Source of the DNA: a virus
Lineage: Duplodnaviria > Caudoviricetes
IMG/VR virus record: IMGVR_UViG_3300005444_000009
Coordinates: 2,191 to 66,190 of that record
DNA: 64,000 nt
Reading direction: 5' to 3' (one strand)
Under the pieces are notes generated by a model. That model was not told the DNA's origin. It did no database searches and was given only the letters and a program-made list of their open reading frames with translations. Within the stretch, counting starts at the first letter, position 1, and each line of letters begins with the position of its first letter. The translations under genes were made by a program, and so were the position numbers. This document shows positions 50,881-61,400 of the stretch, one piece after another.

Positions 50881-51957
50881 TTACGCCTGGCTACGCCGCC
50901 CGAGCGGGCTGGATCGCTGGATAGCCAGCGCGTCAGCCCACGACTCCCACCAGCGCCAGGCGTTTTCCTCGATGGTCTGCTTCGAGACGGCCTCACGCGA
51001 CTTAGCGCCGAGCTCCAGCCGCGCCTGCTCACTGTCGATCAAGGTGCGCAGCTTAGTCTTCCACTCACTAGGTTTACTGGCGAGCCAACCAACGCCGAGC
51101 TTATGTAGGCGAGAGTACTCGGCGCGCGGAGACGCAATCGCTGGAATGCCAAGGGCGCCATACTCAAGCAACTTAAGCCACGACTTCGCCGCATTGAACT
51201 TACTGTCGGCCAGTGGAGCAACGCCGATGCCGAGTGAGTTGACGGCTAGCGGCCACGCCTCGATGTCGACCGGTCCCGTGAACTCGATTTCAACGCTCAG
51301 CGGCACACCGAACGCCTTATGGATGCCGTCGAGCGGCCCGGCGATCTTGAACTTAGCGCCGAGCTGTAGAAGCTGCGCCGGCGTGGGTCCCATCACCTGT
51401 AGGTCGGTCGGGTGGGAGTGAACCGAGCCTGCCCAACCCACGACGTTCGAGTCGACGTGAGGCACGTCAAGCATCATCTTCGGTACCGCGTTGTAGAGCA
51501 CTCGACCACGACCGTGCTTGGCATATCGCTGCAGTAGCGCCGGCGTCGACACGGTGACCAGCGTCGCAGTCTCACAAGCCAGCAGCGTGTTCTGCCACGA
51601 GTGATCGGCGTACGGGCTGCTCGGGTGAAGCATGTGAAACGCCGGATTCGCTGGGTGAATGCACGTTAGGTCGTCGTCCATGTCGACAACCACGGCGATG
51701 CCGTTCTGCCGCAGCAGCGCGAACGCCTGTACCAGGTACTTATGCGTAACACGCTGGAACACGATTACGTCGGCGTCGCGCGGCACGTTCACCGAGACCA
51801 TTCGATCGCCACTCATCTTCGCCTGCAGCGCGCGGTTGCGCTCCCTCGTTGCCACGATCTCGATGGAGTGACCCATTCGTTGGAGCTGCTCCGCCGGCCA
51901 GATCAGGCGATAGTGTCCGCAGCCTGCCTCATCCGCGGGAAAGACATAGACCTTCAC
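50881..51957 (-). CDS. GT-B (GT4-like) glycosyltransferase
   Basis: GCGHYRL, VDMDDD, KSWLKLLEYGALGIPAIAS. Confidence 0.85.
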   Translation of the reverse strand: MKVYVFPADEAGCGHYRLIWPAEQLQRMGHSIEIVATRERNRALQAKMSGDRMVSVNVPRDADVIVFQRVTHKYLVQAFALLRQNGIAVVVDMDDDLTCIHPANPAFHMLHPSSPYADHSWQNTLLACETATLVTVSTPALLQRYAKHGRGRVLYNAVPKMMLDVPHVDSNVVGWAGSVHSHPTDLQVMGPTPAQLLQLGAKFKIAGPLDGIHKAFGVPLSVEIEFTGPVDIEAWPLAVNSLGIGVAPLADSKFNAAKSWLKLLEYGALGIPAIASPRAEYSRLHKLGVGWLASKPSEWKTKLRTLIDSEQARLELGAKSREAVSKQTIEENAWRWWESWADALAIQRSSPLGRRSQA

Positions 51958-52205
51958 CTACGAACCGCCTTCCACGCTGGACGAAGCTCCCACGAAGGCA
52001 CCTCGTAGCCGATCGCGTCGCATATGATAACGAAGCATGGAATACAGAATATGCCGCCCGGATCGTAGCCGGTCCATGGTTCACTCTTCCACTCGGCGAC
52101 GACGTTGTTCCAGAACGTGCTCTCGGTCCACCAGCGAACGTTAACCACGCCGCAGATCTGGCACGGACCATCACCCACAAGGTGTTCCGGAATGATCGCT
52201 ACCAC
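51954..52205 (-). CDS. Small Cys-containing protein
   Basis: CQIC...CIPC. Confidence 0.55.
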   Translation of the reverse strand: MVAIIPEHLVGDGPCQICGVVNVRWWTESTFWNNVVAEWKSEPWTGYDPGGIFCIPCFVIICDAIGYEVPSWELRPAWKAVRR

Positions 52206-52786
52206 CGGTCCGTCCTTCCCGAGGTGTTATAACCGTGATGATGCCACGTCCACGTGATCTCTGGAACGTGAAGAAATCGCGCGCCGAGGTCCAGCAGTCG
52301 AAGGTAGAATCCCCAGTCGTCGTAATCTGACTGCACGGATGCCGGTGGTCCGAAGAGCGCCTGCTGCGCCAGTCCCGTGTGCACCAGCGACGTTACCGGA
52401 ATGTATGATTGCTTTCGAAGCAAGTCGGCGTCGAACGGCCTACCGAAGCGACCCCACTCGTCGTTGAGAGGAATTGATACACCGGCGGCGTCAACTACAC
52501 GGCAGCCGCTGTACACCACCGTAGCGCCCTCTCGAAGCGCGTAGTGGACCAGTATGTCGAGGTGCTGCGGCAGTAACTCATCATCATCATCCAGGAACGC
52601 TACCCACGATGTGTTGGCCTGCACCAGCGCGCGGTTGCGAGTTGCGGCCGAGCCCTCACGCTTCGTATCCACACTGATAATGATGTCCACCGGCTGGTGC
52701 ACCTGCGCCGCGACGCTGGCAACGGCGCGCGTCAGCTCAAACTGTCGCGTAGGAATGTGCGGCGTCACTACGGTTACTCGATCCAC
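52199..52786 (-). CDS. GT2-family glycosyltransferase
   Basis: Start reassigned to GTG 52786; TRN, VAFLDDDD, YDDW. Confidence 0.85.
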   Translation of the reverse strand: MDRVTVVTPHIPTRQFELTRAVASVAAQVHQPVDIIISVDTKREGSAATRNRALVQANTSWVAFLDDDDELLPQHLDILVHYALREGATVVYSGCRVVDAAGVSIPLNDEWGRFGRPFDADLLRKQSYIPVTSLVHTGLAQQALFGPPASVQSDYDDWGFYLRLLDLGARFLHVPEITWTWHHHGYNTSGRTDRW

Positions 52787-52787
52787 G

Positions 52788-53363
52788 TCACCACCTCGTT
52801 GAGAGTCCACTGGTGTGTGAACCGTGTAGTCGATAGTGCCAGGTGATCTTATCTGTTCCCGCGAAGTTGCCACCACTGAGCTCTGAGCAGCGCAGTACGA
52901 ACATCCAGTCCTCACCCATCCAGTCCTGGTGTAGCGGACCGTTAGGCAGTAAAAAACCCGCCTCCTTGGCTAGCTCGGTGCGCACCATCACCGTCATTGT
53001 CGTGTGATGCGGCTCAGCGGGATTCCACTGCCGACCACGGTGCATCGGGAACGGGTTGTTGCCGTCGAACCACGAGTACACGTAGTCGGCGTTGAGGTCG
53101 TGCGCGAGTGACCACAGCGTTTCGATGTGATCAGGGTAGAAGTAGTCGTCATCATCGAGGAACGCGACCCACGACGTGCGAACACCGTCTAAAGCTCGCT
53201 GGCGGTTGATCGCGGCGCCGTGCTTCTCGACGTCGAGCGAACACGAGATGCCGCCGGTGAGTGACACGGTTTGTCCGTGAACGCTCGCGACTGCGGCCTG
53301 CAGTAGGTTGTCGACCCGCGGTGGAATTGCCGAGATCGCGACGGTTACGTCGAGTTCAGTCAC
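52788..53363 (-). CDS. GT2-family glycosyltransferase (paralogue)
   Basis: Start reassigned to GTG 53363; VAFLDDDD, GEDW; same TSG..RW ending as its neighbour. Confidence 0.85.
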   Translation of the reverse strand: MTELDVTVAISAIPPRVDNLLQAAVASVHGQTVSLTGGISCSLDVEKHGAAINRQRALDGVRTSWVAFLDDDDYFYPDHIETLWSLAHDLNADYVYSWFDGNNPFPMHRGRQWNPAEPHHTTMTVMVRTELAKEAGFLLPNGPLHQDWMGEDWMFVLRCSELSGGNFAGTDKITWHYRLHGSHTSGLSTRW

Positions 53364-53872
53364 CGCTTCAGAGCTCCTACGGCGCACTGCCACCTAGGTC
53401 GTGGATCGGCAACCGGCCAGAGCAGCTTGACCTCATCCATGTCCATCGAGGTAACGTTTGACCAGCCTGTGTCTTCCAGTAGCTCCATGATTCGCTGCTC
53501 AGTGCACTCCCACAGGTGAACGTCGCCCATCCAGCGACCTGCGCCGAAGCGCAGCGAGTCCAGCGTAGCTCCGTACTCGTCGGACCCAGTTTCGCCGAGC
53601 AGTTCACGGCCGCGAGTGACGTCCGGGCCAACTACCATGATCGCACCGTTGTTGATCATACATGCACGTAGGTTCACCAGCAACCTACCGGCGTCCACCA
53701 GGTTGAGGTGCTCGAGCACGTGGCCTAGATAGGCGCACTCAACGCTGTTCGCCGGCCACGGCAGGTCACCAGCTAGGTCGACACGCTGGTCTACACGGTG
53801 CGGCATCTCTGGTAGGTCGACGTTGATCCAGCCGTCTGCGTAGCGATCTCCACAGCCGAGGTTGAGCTGCAT
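53360..53872 (-). CDS. Class I SAM methyltransferase
   Basis: Start reassigned; LNLGCG, INVD, GHVLEHL. Confidence 0.85.
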   Translation of the reverse strand: MQLNLGCGDRYADGWINVDLPEMPHRVDQRVDLAGDLPWPANSVECAYLGHVLEHLNLVDAGRLLVNLRACMINNGAIMVVGPDVTRGRELLGETGSDEYGATLDSLRFGAGRWMGDVHLWECTEQRIMELLEDTGWSNVTSMDMDEVKLLWPVADPRPRWQCAVGALKR

Positions 53873-53883
53873 ATTCACCTCAC

Positions 53884-55095
53884 TTAGATAATGATAGGAG
53901 CCGGAATCGGCACGATCCAGCGTCCGTCGCTGGCCGTGAACTGCTGCTCGTTTCGCATGATCGAACCCGCGTAGTTCCACGCCAGTAGTAGGTACGTATC
54001 TACGTGCTCAGTGGCCGTAGGTTTGCAGATCTTGATGGCGGTACCGGGAATGTAGCGGTCTTGCTTGGCGATCGTCGTATCCGTTACGAACTTAACGAGA
54101 CTTCCGTCAATACCGCAAAAGTTGAGTAGCGTCGTCGCCTTGGCTGGCGCGCCGTAGCCAGCGACCACACGTCCGGCGGCACGTTCAACCATGAGCAGCC
54201 GCAGAAGCCGCTCTCGCAGGCGCTCAGCACGTCCCTGAAGACCAAGGTAGACGTTCGTGTCGGCTAACCAGGCCTCGGAGTTGCTGATGCTTGAAACCGC
54301 TCTCAACGCCTCACTCTTCCGACGTAGCTTGACACGTAGTGAGCCACCCTGTCGATCGGTCAACTGTGCGTCTACGACGTAGAGACCGTGATTACGAGCG
54401 GCTGATCGTAAACTGGTTAGTGAGAAGAAGTTGCGGTGCTCGTGATACACCAAGTCGATCGCGTTGTTGAGCAGCATGTCCGGCAGGTACTGCACCTCAA
54501 CGTAGACGACGCCGTCGTGCGTAAGCAGTTCATCAACACCTGCAAAGACATCGGAGACGCTTTCAACGTGAGCGAGGACGTGGTTCGCGACGATGACGTC
54601 GGCAGGTCCGTGCTGCGCGTGGATCTCGTGAGCTAGGTTACGACCAAACGGCTTGACGATCGTTTCAATTCCTCGCATTCCCGCGACCTCAGCGGGACCG
54701 AGCGCGGGATCGACGCCGAGGACGCGCCAGCCAGCCTGTGTGAGGTGACGCGAGAAGTCTCCGTCATTTACACCGATCTCAACGACGAACGGCTTTCTCG
54801 CGAGGCCGCCGTCTCGTAGGTGCCACTCGTTGAGAACGTCACTCGCGTAGCGCGTGTGATATGCTGACAGCGGCGCAGACGCGCTGGAGTAGAACGAGTA
54901 GCCGGAACCGAACAGGTCCGGTACGACCTCGAGAAGCTGAACCAGATGACAACCGGCACAGACCGCGAGCTGCAGTGGGTAGTGCGTGACTGACTCATCG
55001 TCCTTAGTGTAGTTGTCGGCGATTGGCGACAGCCCGAGGTCGAGGATTAGCCGGAGGTCGTTGTAGCCGCAGGCGCTACAGTTGGTTCTCTTCAC
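53884..55095 (-). CDS. NDP-hexose C-methyltransferase (TcaB9/NovU/EryBIII-like)
   Basis: CSAC/CAGC zinc site, VEIGVNDG, ANHVLAH, YHEH, GYGAPAKATTLLN. Confidence 0.88.
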   Translation of the reverse strand: MKRTNCSACGYNDLRLILDLGLSPIADNYTKDDESVTHYPLQLAVCAGCHLVQLLEVVPDLFGSGYSFYSSASAPLSAYHTRYASDVLNEWHLRDGGLARKPFVVEIGVNDGDFSRHLTQAGWRVLGVDPALGPAEVAGMRGIETIVKPFGRNLAHEIHAQHGPADVIVANHVLAHVESVSDVFAGVDELLTHDGVVYVEVQYLPDMLLNNAIDLVYHEHRNFFSLTSLRSAARNHGLYVVDAQLTDRQGGSLRVKLRRKSEALRAVSSISNSEAWLADTNVYLGLQGRAERLRERLLRLLMVERAAGRVVAGYGAPAKATTLLNFCGIDGSLVKFVTDTTIAKQDRYIPGTAIKICKPTATEHVDTYLLLAWNYAGSIMRNEQQFTASDGRWIVPIPAPIII

Positions 55096-55707
55096 TCATC
55101 TGCTCCACTTCGCGTTAAAGATCTGTTCAGCACGCTCTCTCATCTCACGTGATTTCTCGGTCTTGTAGCCGAGAACGGTGTGATGGTGCGTATCGATGTC
55201 CGCGACGTAGACGCGCTTACCGGCGCGTTTTGCCTCGAGGCAGACGTCGTCGTAGCCGTGAAACTCGTAGCGCTCGTCGAAGCGCAGCTCCTGGATCGCC
55301 CACGGCGAGAACGCCATGAACGATCCCTCCACGATGTCAACGTCACCCGCTTGTCGGCCGAAGTCGATAAGCTGTGCGTCGGTAAGCTGGTGACCGACCG
55401 GGTCGACGTTCCACCAGTGAAGAGACGGTCCTCCGCCAGCGACACCAATGATCGCGATCTCTGGGACCGTAAAGATAGAGACGACTTTATGTTCAGTTAA
55501 TGGATCAGTCATCTCAAGGTCATCATGCAGCAAAATGACAGCGTCTAGGTCATAGACCCGGAAGCCGTCTAGGATCGCGTTGTAGGCCACCGAGATCGAC
55601 GTCTGGTTGAACGCCGTCAGAACTGGTCGGTCCTTCGGAATACGTGGTTCGACGTACCTATGAAACTTGTCCCACGTGCCGACGCAGCATCCGTAGCCAA
55701 TCTTCAT
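55096..55707 (-). CDS. GT2-like glycosyltransferase (StrF-like)
   Basis: AYN, LHDD, IIGVAG, FDERY.FHGYD. Confidence 0.75.
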   Translation of the reverse strand: MKIGYGCCVGTWDKFHRYVEPRIPKDRPVLTAFNQTSISVAYNAILDGFRVYDLDAVILLHDDLEMTDPLTEHKVVSIFTVPEIAIIGVAGGGPSLHWWNVDPVGHQLTDAQLIDFGRQAGDVDIVEGSFMAFSPWAIQELRFDERYEFHGYDDVCLEAKRAGKRVYVADIDTHHHTVLGYKTEKSREMRERAEQIFNAKWSR

Positions 55708-55871
55708 CCTATTCTTCTCCTCAACTCTTCACGCTTCAGCTGCTCGCGACGCACTTTCATCCAGTCAGAACGCTCACAGCGACATAGCCACGAGCCGTCA
55801 AACAGCGCGTGCCACAACCAAAACCAACGGTAGCGTCGGCTCTCATAGTAGTCGTCGTCTGGCGCTACCAC
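55704..55871 (-). CDS. Small hypothetical protein
   Basis: Fills the gap with short overlaps on both sides. Confidence 0.4.
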   Translation of the reverse strand: MVAPDDDYYESRRYRWFWLWHALFDGSWLCRCERSDWMKVRREQLKREELRRRIG

Positions 55872-56584
55872 GGCCGTCGTCCCCACTTGAGTGCAAACGT
55901 CTCGCCGTCGCGTCCGGCCTGCTCAGCGAGCGCGCCGTGCGTCGTTGAGTTAGCCAGCGTGTTGAGAGGCGCCTCGCCCGGCAGCATCAGAACGCCGCCG
56001 GCTCGAATTGCCTGCCACTCGAAGTCAGTGTCGCCCCACCACCAGCGCATGGACTCGTCGGCTCGCAGACCGAGTTCACCCCGGACGACGAACGCCCACG
56101 GGCACATGCGAGTCGTGATGTTGCCGTCGATCTGTGTCTTAAGGTACGGCATACCGTGAGCAGTGGTCTGCGTGTGTGTACACGCGATCGCGGGGACGTT
56201 CAGGTGCTTTAGTGCCTCAGGCGTGCGAAACAAACACGCTGCAACGTTGTCGAACCAGTTAGGTGGCAGCGACGTGTCGTCGTTGAGGACTGCGACGTCC
56301 CACAGCTTCTCACCCATGATCTTGGTGGTAGCAGCGATAACGTTAAACGCTGAGTTCCACATCTTGTATAGGTGGGGCGGCTGCTCGTCATCGCGCCTGA
56401 CTATCGTTCGGACGTTGGCCTGGGTACGCAGCCACAGGCTAGACAGCGGCTCATCGGACGCGTTGTCGATGACGTAGACGAGGTCGACTTGATTCTCGAG
56501 CTGTCGCAGCAGCGCAACAAGATGTTCACGCCGATTGCGCGTCGGAATAACTGCGTAGCGAGTAATTGCTCTAGCGGTACTCAC
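55865..56584 (-). CDS. GT2-like glycosyltransferase
   Basis: AVIPTRNR, VIDN, VLNDD, WWWGDTD. Confidence 0.8.
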   Translation of the reverse strand: MSTARAITRYAVIPTRNRREHLVALLRQLENQVDLVYVIDNASDEPLSSLWLRTQANVRTIVRRDDEQPPHLYKMWNSAFNVIAATTKIMGEKLWDVAVLNDDTSLPPNWFDNVAACLFRTPEALKHLNVPAIACTHTQTTAHGMPYLKTQIDGNITTRMCPWAFVVRGELGLRADESMRWWWGDTDFEWQAIRAGGVLMLPGEAPLNTLANSTTHGALAEQAGRDGETFALKWGRRPW

Positions 56585-56622
56585 TCTTCTTACTGTATCA
56601 CGAGGTTTATGTAAAACTAGCG

Positions 56623-57312
56623 CTACGGTGCCGGAACTACCAGTACGCGACGTCGCGCTATGCCACCCGTGCCAGCGCCACCACGGCGATGATACAGTGT
56701 GCAGTTGTACGGTGCGCCGGCATTGAGATCCTCAAGTAAGTGAAAACTACTCGCACGAATGACAGCTATTGTGTCAGTGCGTGCGGTACGTGCGTCGTCC
56801 GCGACGAGTACCGGCGTCCCGGCGTCCAGCGCGCTACCCGTCGCTACCTGCGGCGATACTAAGGTAAATGAACCCAATGTGTTGCTCAGTTCACCGCCCC
56901 AGTAGATGGCAACTCGACCACTCGAAGGTGCGATAAAGTCAACGGCGACGAGAGTAGCCCCTGCACTAGTGTATGCACCCGACACCGTTGTGTCGATCGT
57001 GTCAGATGAGGCAAACCGAGTTACTGCACTGGCGCCTGGAACACCGCCACCGGACGCACTTATCACGTAGTTTCCACTTGGTGGAATAAACACTACCGGT
57101 ACGCGCCAGCCGATACCTAGAGCACCCACCAGTGAAATCAGCGGTACAATCTTAGTGACATCACCGTCGTAGCGGCCGATGGCTTGAATATCACTAAGAA
57201 CGTTTACGACAACTGCATACCTAAGCTGCCAATCAGCGTTGAGTCGACTTACACCGTCGATGATCTGCACCGGGTCAACGGTTGGGTGGCTACCCGTGTA
57301 AAGTTCCGTCAC
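56623..57312 (-). CDS. Minor tail protein
   Basis: Start reassigned to GTG 57312; last gene of the tail operon. Confidence 0.6.
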   Translation of the reverse strand: MTELYTGSHPTVDPVQIIDGVSRLNADWQLRYAVVVNVLSDIQAIGRYDGDVTKIVPLISLVGALGIGWRVPVVFIPPSGNYVISASGGGVPGASAVTRFASSDTIDTTVSGAYTSAGATLVAVDFIAPSSGRVAIYWGGELSNTLGSFTLVSPQVATGSALDAGTPVLVADDARTARTDTIAVIRASSFHLLEDLNAGAPYNCTLYHRRGGAGTGGIARRRVLVVPAP

Positions 57313-58478
57313 GTTGGATACGCCTTTCGCGCAACGTGCTGCATGGCTGCACCCTCGATCAGCGGAAGCGACCACGCCAGTTCGAGCCAGTTGTCTCCCT
57401 GCCAGCGCAGCACATCGTAGCCGTCGTGTCGTGGATCGGGAACTGTGTAGAGCTCTATCCGCTCAAAGATCGTGGCTCGCTGGCCGATATTCGTCGCGAC
57501 TGCCTTAGCCTGCTCAATCGTGTTTACTTGCCGATTCTCTACAAACGGAATGATGAAGCCTCGGTTTGCGATCGAGTGTGGTGCACTTGACGGCACGTCA
57601 TAGCGTCCAATAATCTCACTTGACTGCGCCTCAGCGCCGTTTGAGATAACGACGAACGTGTTTGGTGCATCAATAAGATCATTAGTTCGAGAGATCTTTT
57701 CCTGTATAACACGACTTCCCGAGTCGAGGTCAAATGTTGCAATGGCCGTCGCAGGGTCAAACGAACGAATGAAGTGCATCTTCGAGTCATTGCCAAACCA
57801 AGGGGAGAAGTAGTCTCCGTCCGTGGCAAGCTGTTCAACCATGAAACCCCGTGATGTACCCGCTGGCCAACCCGAGTCGGTAAAGAATGGAGTTGCCTCG
57901 ATATCAACCGTAATGGGAAGGTCAGCAAGTAGTGCGAGAATCACGAGCTGAACTCGAGGTGCTACGGCGTTTACGAGACCACCTACGATCGTTGCGCGCT
58001 GACTAAAGCTCTCAGAGATTCTCTGATCGACGATGAAGCTTTCATCATAAAGCGAGCCACTTGAGATTTCACCATGTCTATGATTTAAGTCGTGATGACG
58101 CGCATCTGTAATTGAACTGCTGTGTGTTACTCCCTCACTAATCTTGATGTGAATTTCACTGTTGTACATGTAGCGACCGAGTGGAAAGTCCTCGCCGTCT
58201 AAAACCATAAATGGTTCGATACGTGACGTGATAACGTCCACCAGTGCTGATTCATCTGCATCAAGTATGAAGTTATCGAGCCGCCGCGTGATGGTACGCC
58301 CTACGTCGTGCGATAGAGTTGGCACCGAGTCTAGAAATGGATGAACTTCCCGCCGGTATCCCGTGTTAATGTCGACAAGGTCAAATCTGTAGGTTGACGT
58401 TCTTTGTCCGACGTAAGGGAGTAGATCGAGCTTCGGTAAAAGTGACTCAAGAGTTAACGTACGCGCCCAGCGACTCAT
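57309..58478 (-). CDS. Minor tail protein (hub-like)
   Basis: Position after the large tail-tip gene; FPLGRYM and PDPRHD motifs. Confidence 0.65.
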   Translation of the reverse strand: MSRWARTLTLESLLPKLDLLPYVGQRTSTYRFDLVDINTGYRREVHPFLDSVPTLSHDVGRTITRRLDNFILDADESALVDVITSRIEPFMVLDGEDFPLGRYMYNSEIHIKISEGVTHSSSITDARHHDLNHRHGEISSGSLYDESFIVDQRISESFSQRATIVGGLVNAVAPRVQLVILALLADLPITVDIEATPFFTDSGWPAGTSRGFMVEQLATDGDYFSPWFGNDSKMHFIRSFDPATAIATFDLDSGSRVIQEKISRTNDLIDAPNTFVVISNGAEAQSSEIIGRYDVPSSAPHSIANRGFIIPFVENRQVNTIEQAKAVATNIGQRATIFERIELYTVPDPRHDGYDVLRWQGDNWLELAWSLPLIEGAAMQHVARKAYPT

Positions 58479-61400
58479 GAGATACCTACCGGATCGATTG
58501 GTGACGCCGTGTCGCTAACCTCGGTAACACGTACCTCCGCCATGTAGACGGTACGGTTCATGCGTACTGAACCCTCAGGCACCGCGACGTTCGCGAACCA
58601 GCGGTTACCGAGTTCATCACGAACACAGACGTAGTCGATGTCAGCCCAGCCCAGGTCGCGTAGGCTGCGGAAGTTTCCGAGAGACGGCAGCGCAACGGCC
58701 GCCGCGTTAACCAGTAACACTCGAGTAAACTGCTCGCCGCCGCGCTCGAGCGGGTGGAACGCCGTGAGGAAGTTTCTGCCGAACATACGCTGCAGCTGGA
58801 GAGTGTCAACCTCAGGGAAGATAAACTGCTCGATCGCCTCACCCTCGAACTGCATCGTGTAAGCCAAGCTAGCGCTAGGTGACTGGTTACTCGTCATAAT
58901 CAACAGTGAGTTACCGTCGCCGCTAATGGTGACTCCCGGCGATGGAATCGTGGCGCTGCCGGTAACCCACGGCCCAGCGAAGTCCAGGGCATTCAGCGTG
59001 CGCATTCGATACTCGCTGAGCTGCCCAACTCGCGCCTCGAGGTCGACGAACGATGTGACGCAATCGGGATGCTCGGTGAGCATGATGGTCTGCCAGTCAG
59101 TGATTGGGTCACGTCGCTGGATCTCAAGTTGACCGCCACCGTAGAGACGGCCGTCGATGACGCTGAAGTCCTCGAAGCTGATCACCGGGTTGATGTTCGT
59201 GTTGCCACCCGACTGTGTGGCGCGTACACCCGACTGCCCCGTCGGGAAGCTCGCGTCGACCGCCTCGAGCGTCCAGTTCACCGGCGGTAAGTCACGATCT
59301 CCGATCCAGACCTTGGCCTTGATACTTGAACCACGCAACTGAATGTAAGCGTATATCTTCGTGTCAGCTTGATATGAGCCGATGACGACCGAGCCGCTGA
59401 TGTTCGTCGACACGCCCGCCAGCACACGGAAGATCGCGACGCTGACGGTCGCCGACGTGTTGAACGCTGCCGACATAACGTAGTAGTTGCTGCCGTCGAC
59501 CGCCCGGAAGCGTGACTGGCCGTTGAGTCCCGCGCCGGTAGCCACCAGTGAGGTTGATATCGTCACAAACTGGTCGACGTCGCCGAACGTCGTCGGAAGC
59601 AGCGCGTTACGCGACGCCGTGTCGCCCGTCGGAAGCAGCATGTTGCCGCGTCCGTCGACGTAGAAGTTTGTGGCAGTACCACCACTAGTCGTCCACAGCA
59701 GGCCACTCGAAGATGTGTCCCACGTATTCGTGTTTACTCTGTTAAAGTTGTCACAACCCCCGAACGTTGCCCACGACAGCCGGTTGCCAAGGATTGCCGT
59801 CGGCACACAGCGCGGATCGGTACCGCAGAACTGGCCGACACCCGTTACAGCCTGCGACGTCGCACTAACTGTGAATCCAGTTACCGCCGGTGGTTCCTGT
59901 GAGAACAGCAGCACCGCGTCGGTAGTCGAGTCAGTTGCCGTGCCGCTGATAGGCGGTGACTGCCACGTCAACTCAATCGTACTGCCACTTGGTGGTGTAT
60001 ACGTCGCAGGTCCCGTCTGCGCAACAGTTGGCACAGAGTCACGTAGATCCGCCGGAGATGACGCCGCCAAAACTTGCCACTGGTTGCCAGCGGTCTCTAG
60101 GGCGGAGGTCCACTGCCACGTCGAGGTAGCACCTGCGGTCTGCGTCGACCCACCACTCGGTAGAGTAAGGTTAACTTCACGCCAGCCATCCACGATCTCA
60201 GGCAACGCGTCGAAGTCAGCTACCGAGATCGACACAACTGAACCGCCACCAGTTGTGCTAAAAGTAAGTGGTACCGTTGTGTCGCCAAACCTACGAGCGT
60301 AGAAGCGAACTTGCGTCACAGTCACGCTAGAGCTCGAGAGGTTCAGTACCTCCTGAATCGGTGCGTGTCCAGCGTAGACGGGAGCACCTACGCTAGTGCC
60401 GTACGCGTGAACACCCGTAACGATCGCCGTTGCGGTATGCAACGTAATCGTAACGATCTCATCAGTCGACTCACTGGTGAACTGCTGCCCCTCAATTACT
60501 CGCGTGTCAATAACGGCGCCACGATGACTTAACAGTTCATAAAGTTGACGAAGCCGACGAAGTCGTGGAGCGCCGCGTGCAATGAACGTTGGCTTAACCT
60601 CGTGATGTCCAAGCGTAAGAAGATATTCACCCGCAGCTAACGCCGTAGGTGTTGCAAAGCTCAGATCTTTCAGTGGAACAAGATTAACTCCCTCATTAAT
60701 CGTGCCTCGACCAGGAAGACCAACGTTCAGCGCTGTAAAGCGACCACCCACGCGAACGCGAGTTTCCTCACAGTAGAAAACTTCAAGTGCGCCGTAGCCG
60801 AAGTCGACGGTACCGTCTAAGTCATCAACAATGATGAAACCACTCGGATGAATCATCACTACTCGACGACTACTAAGAGGAGTTACTGTTGAAAACAGTA
60901 GAAGCTCATCATAACGCCAGGGGAGAGCAAGCGCAGATGGATCTCCAGATGATGAAATAGTTCCCGTGAGATTGATGTTTACGTTACCGAGATCCACGTA
61001 CTTAATGTCAGTTATAAGTGCTAAGGCACCAACTGAGGTGATTGCCGCAGGTCCCTCCGCAAATGACTGATAGTCATTAAAGTGATCGCTTCCCGTGCCA
61101 CCGTCAACCGCGGCGGCGATCGCAAACTCAATGAAGTCTAGCGCTCCGTCTAGGTCGGTGCCTGCTGTGTAGAGAAATCGAACGCTTAAGATGCGTTTAC
61201 CTTGAAGCTCCTGCGCATACTGCTCTACCGCAAAGTTAAGTCCGATGGCTGGAAGTCCAACTAACGTCGTCAGCGACTGTGTAACGTTATCACTTGGATT
61301 TGTCCACGCAGCGGCACCACTGCTTATGAGGGACTCACCGTTTCCCGTGACCAGTGCGTTCGATACGGGAATAACAACTCGCCGAATCGGTCCAGTTTGA

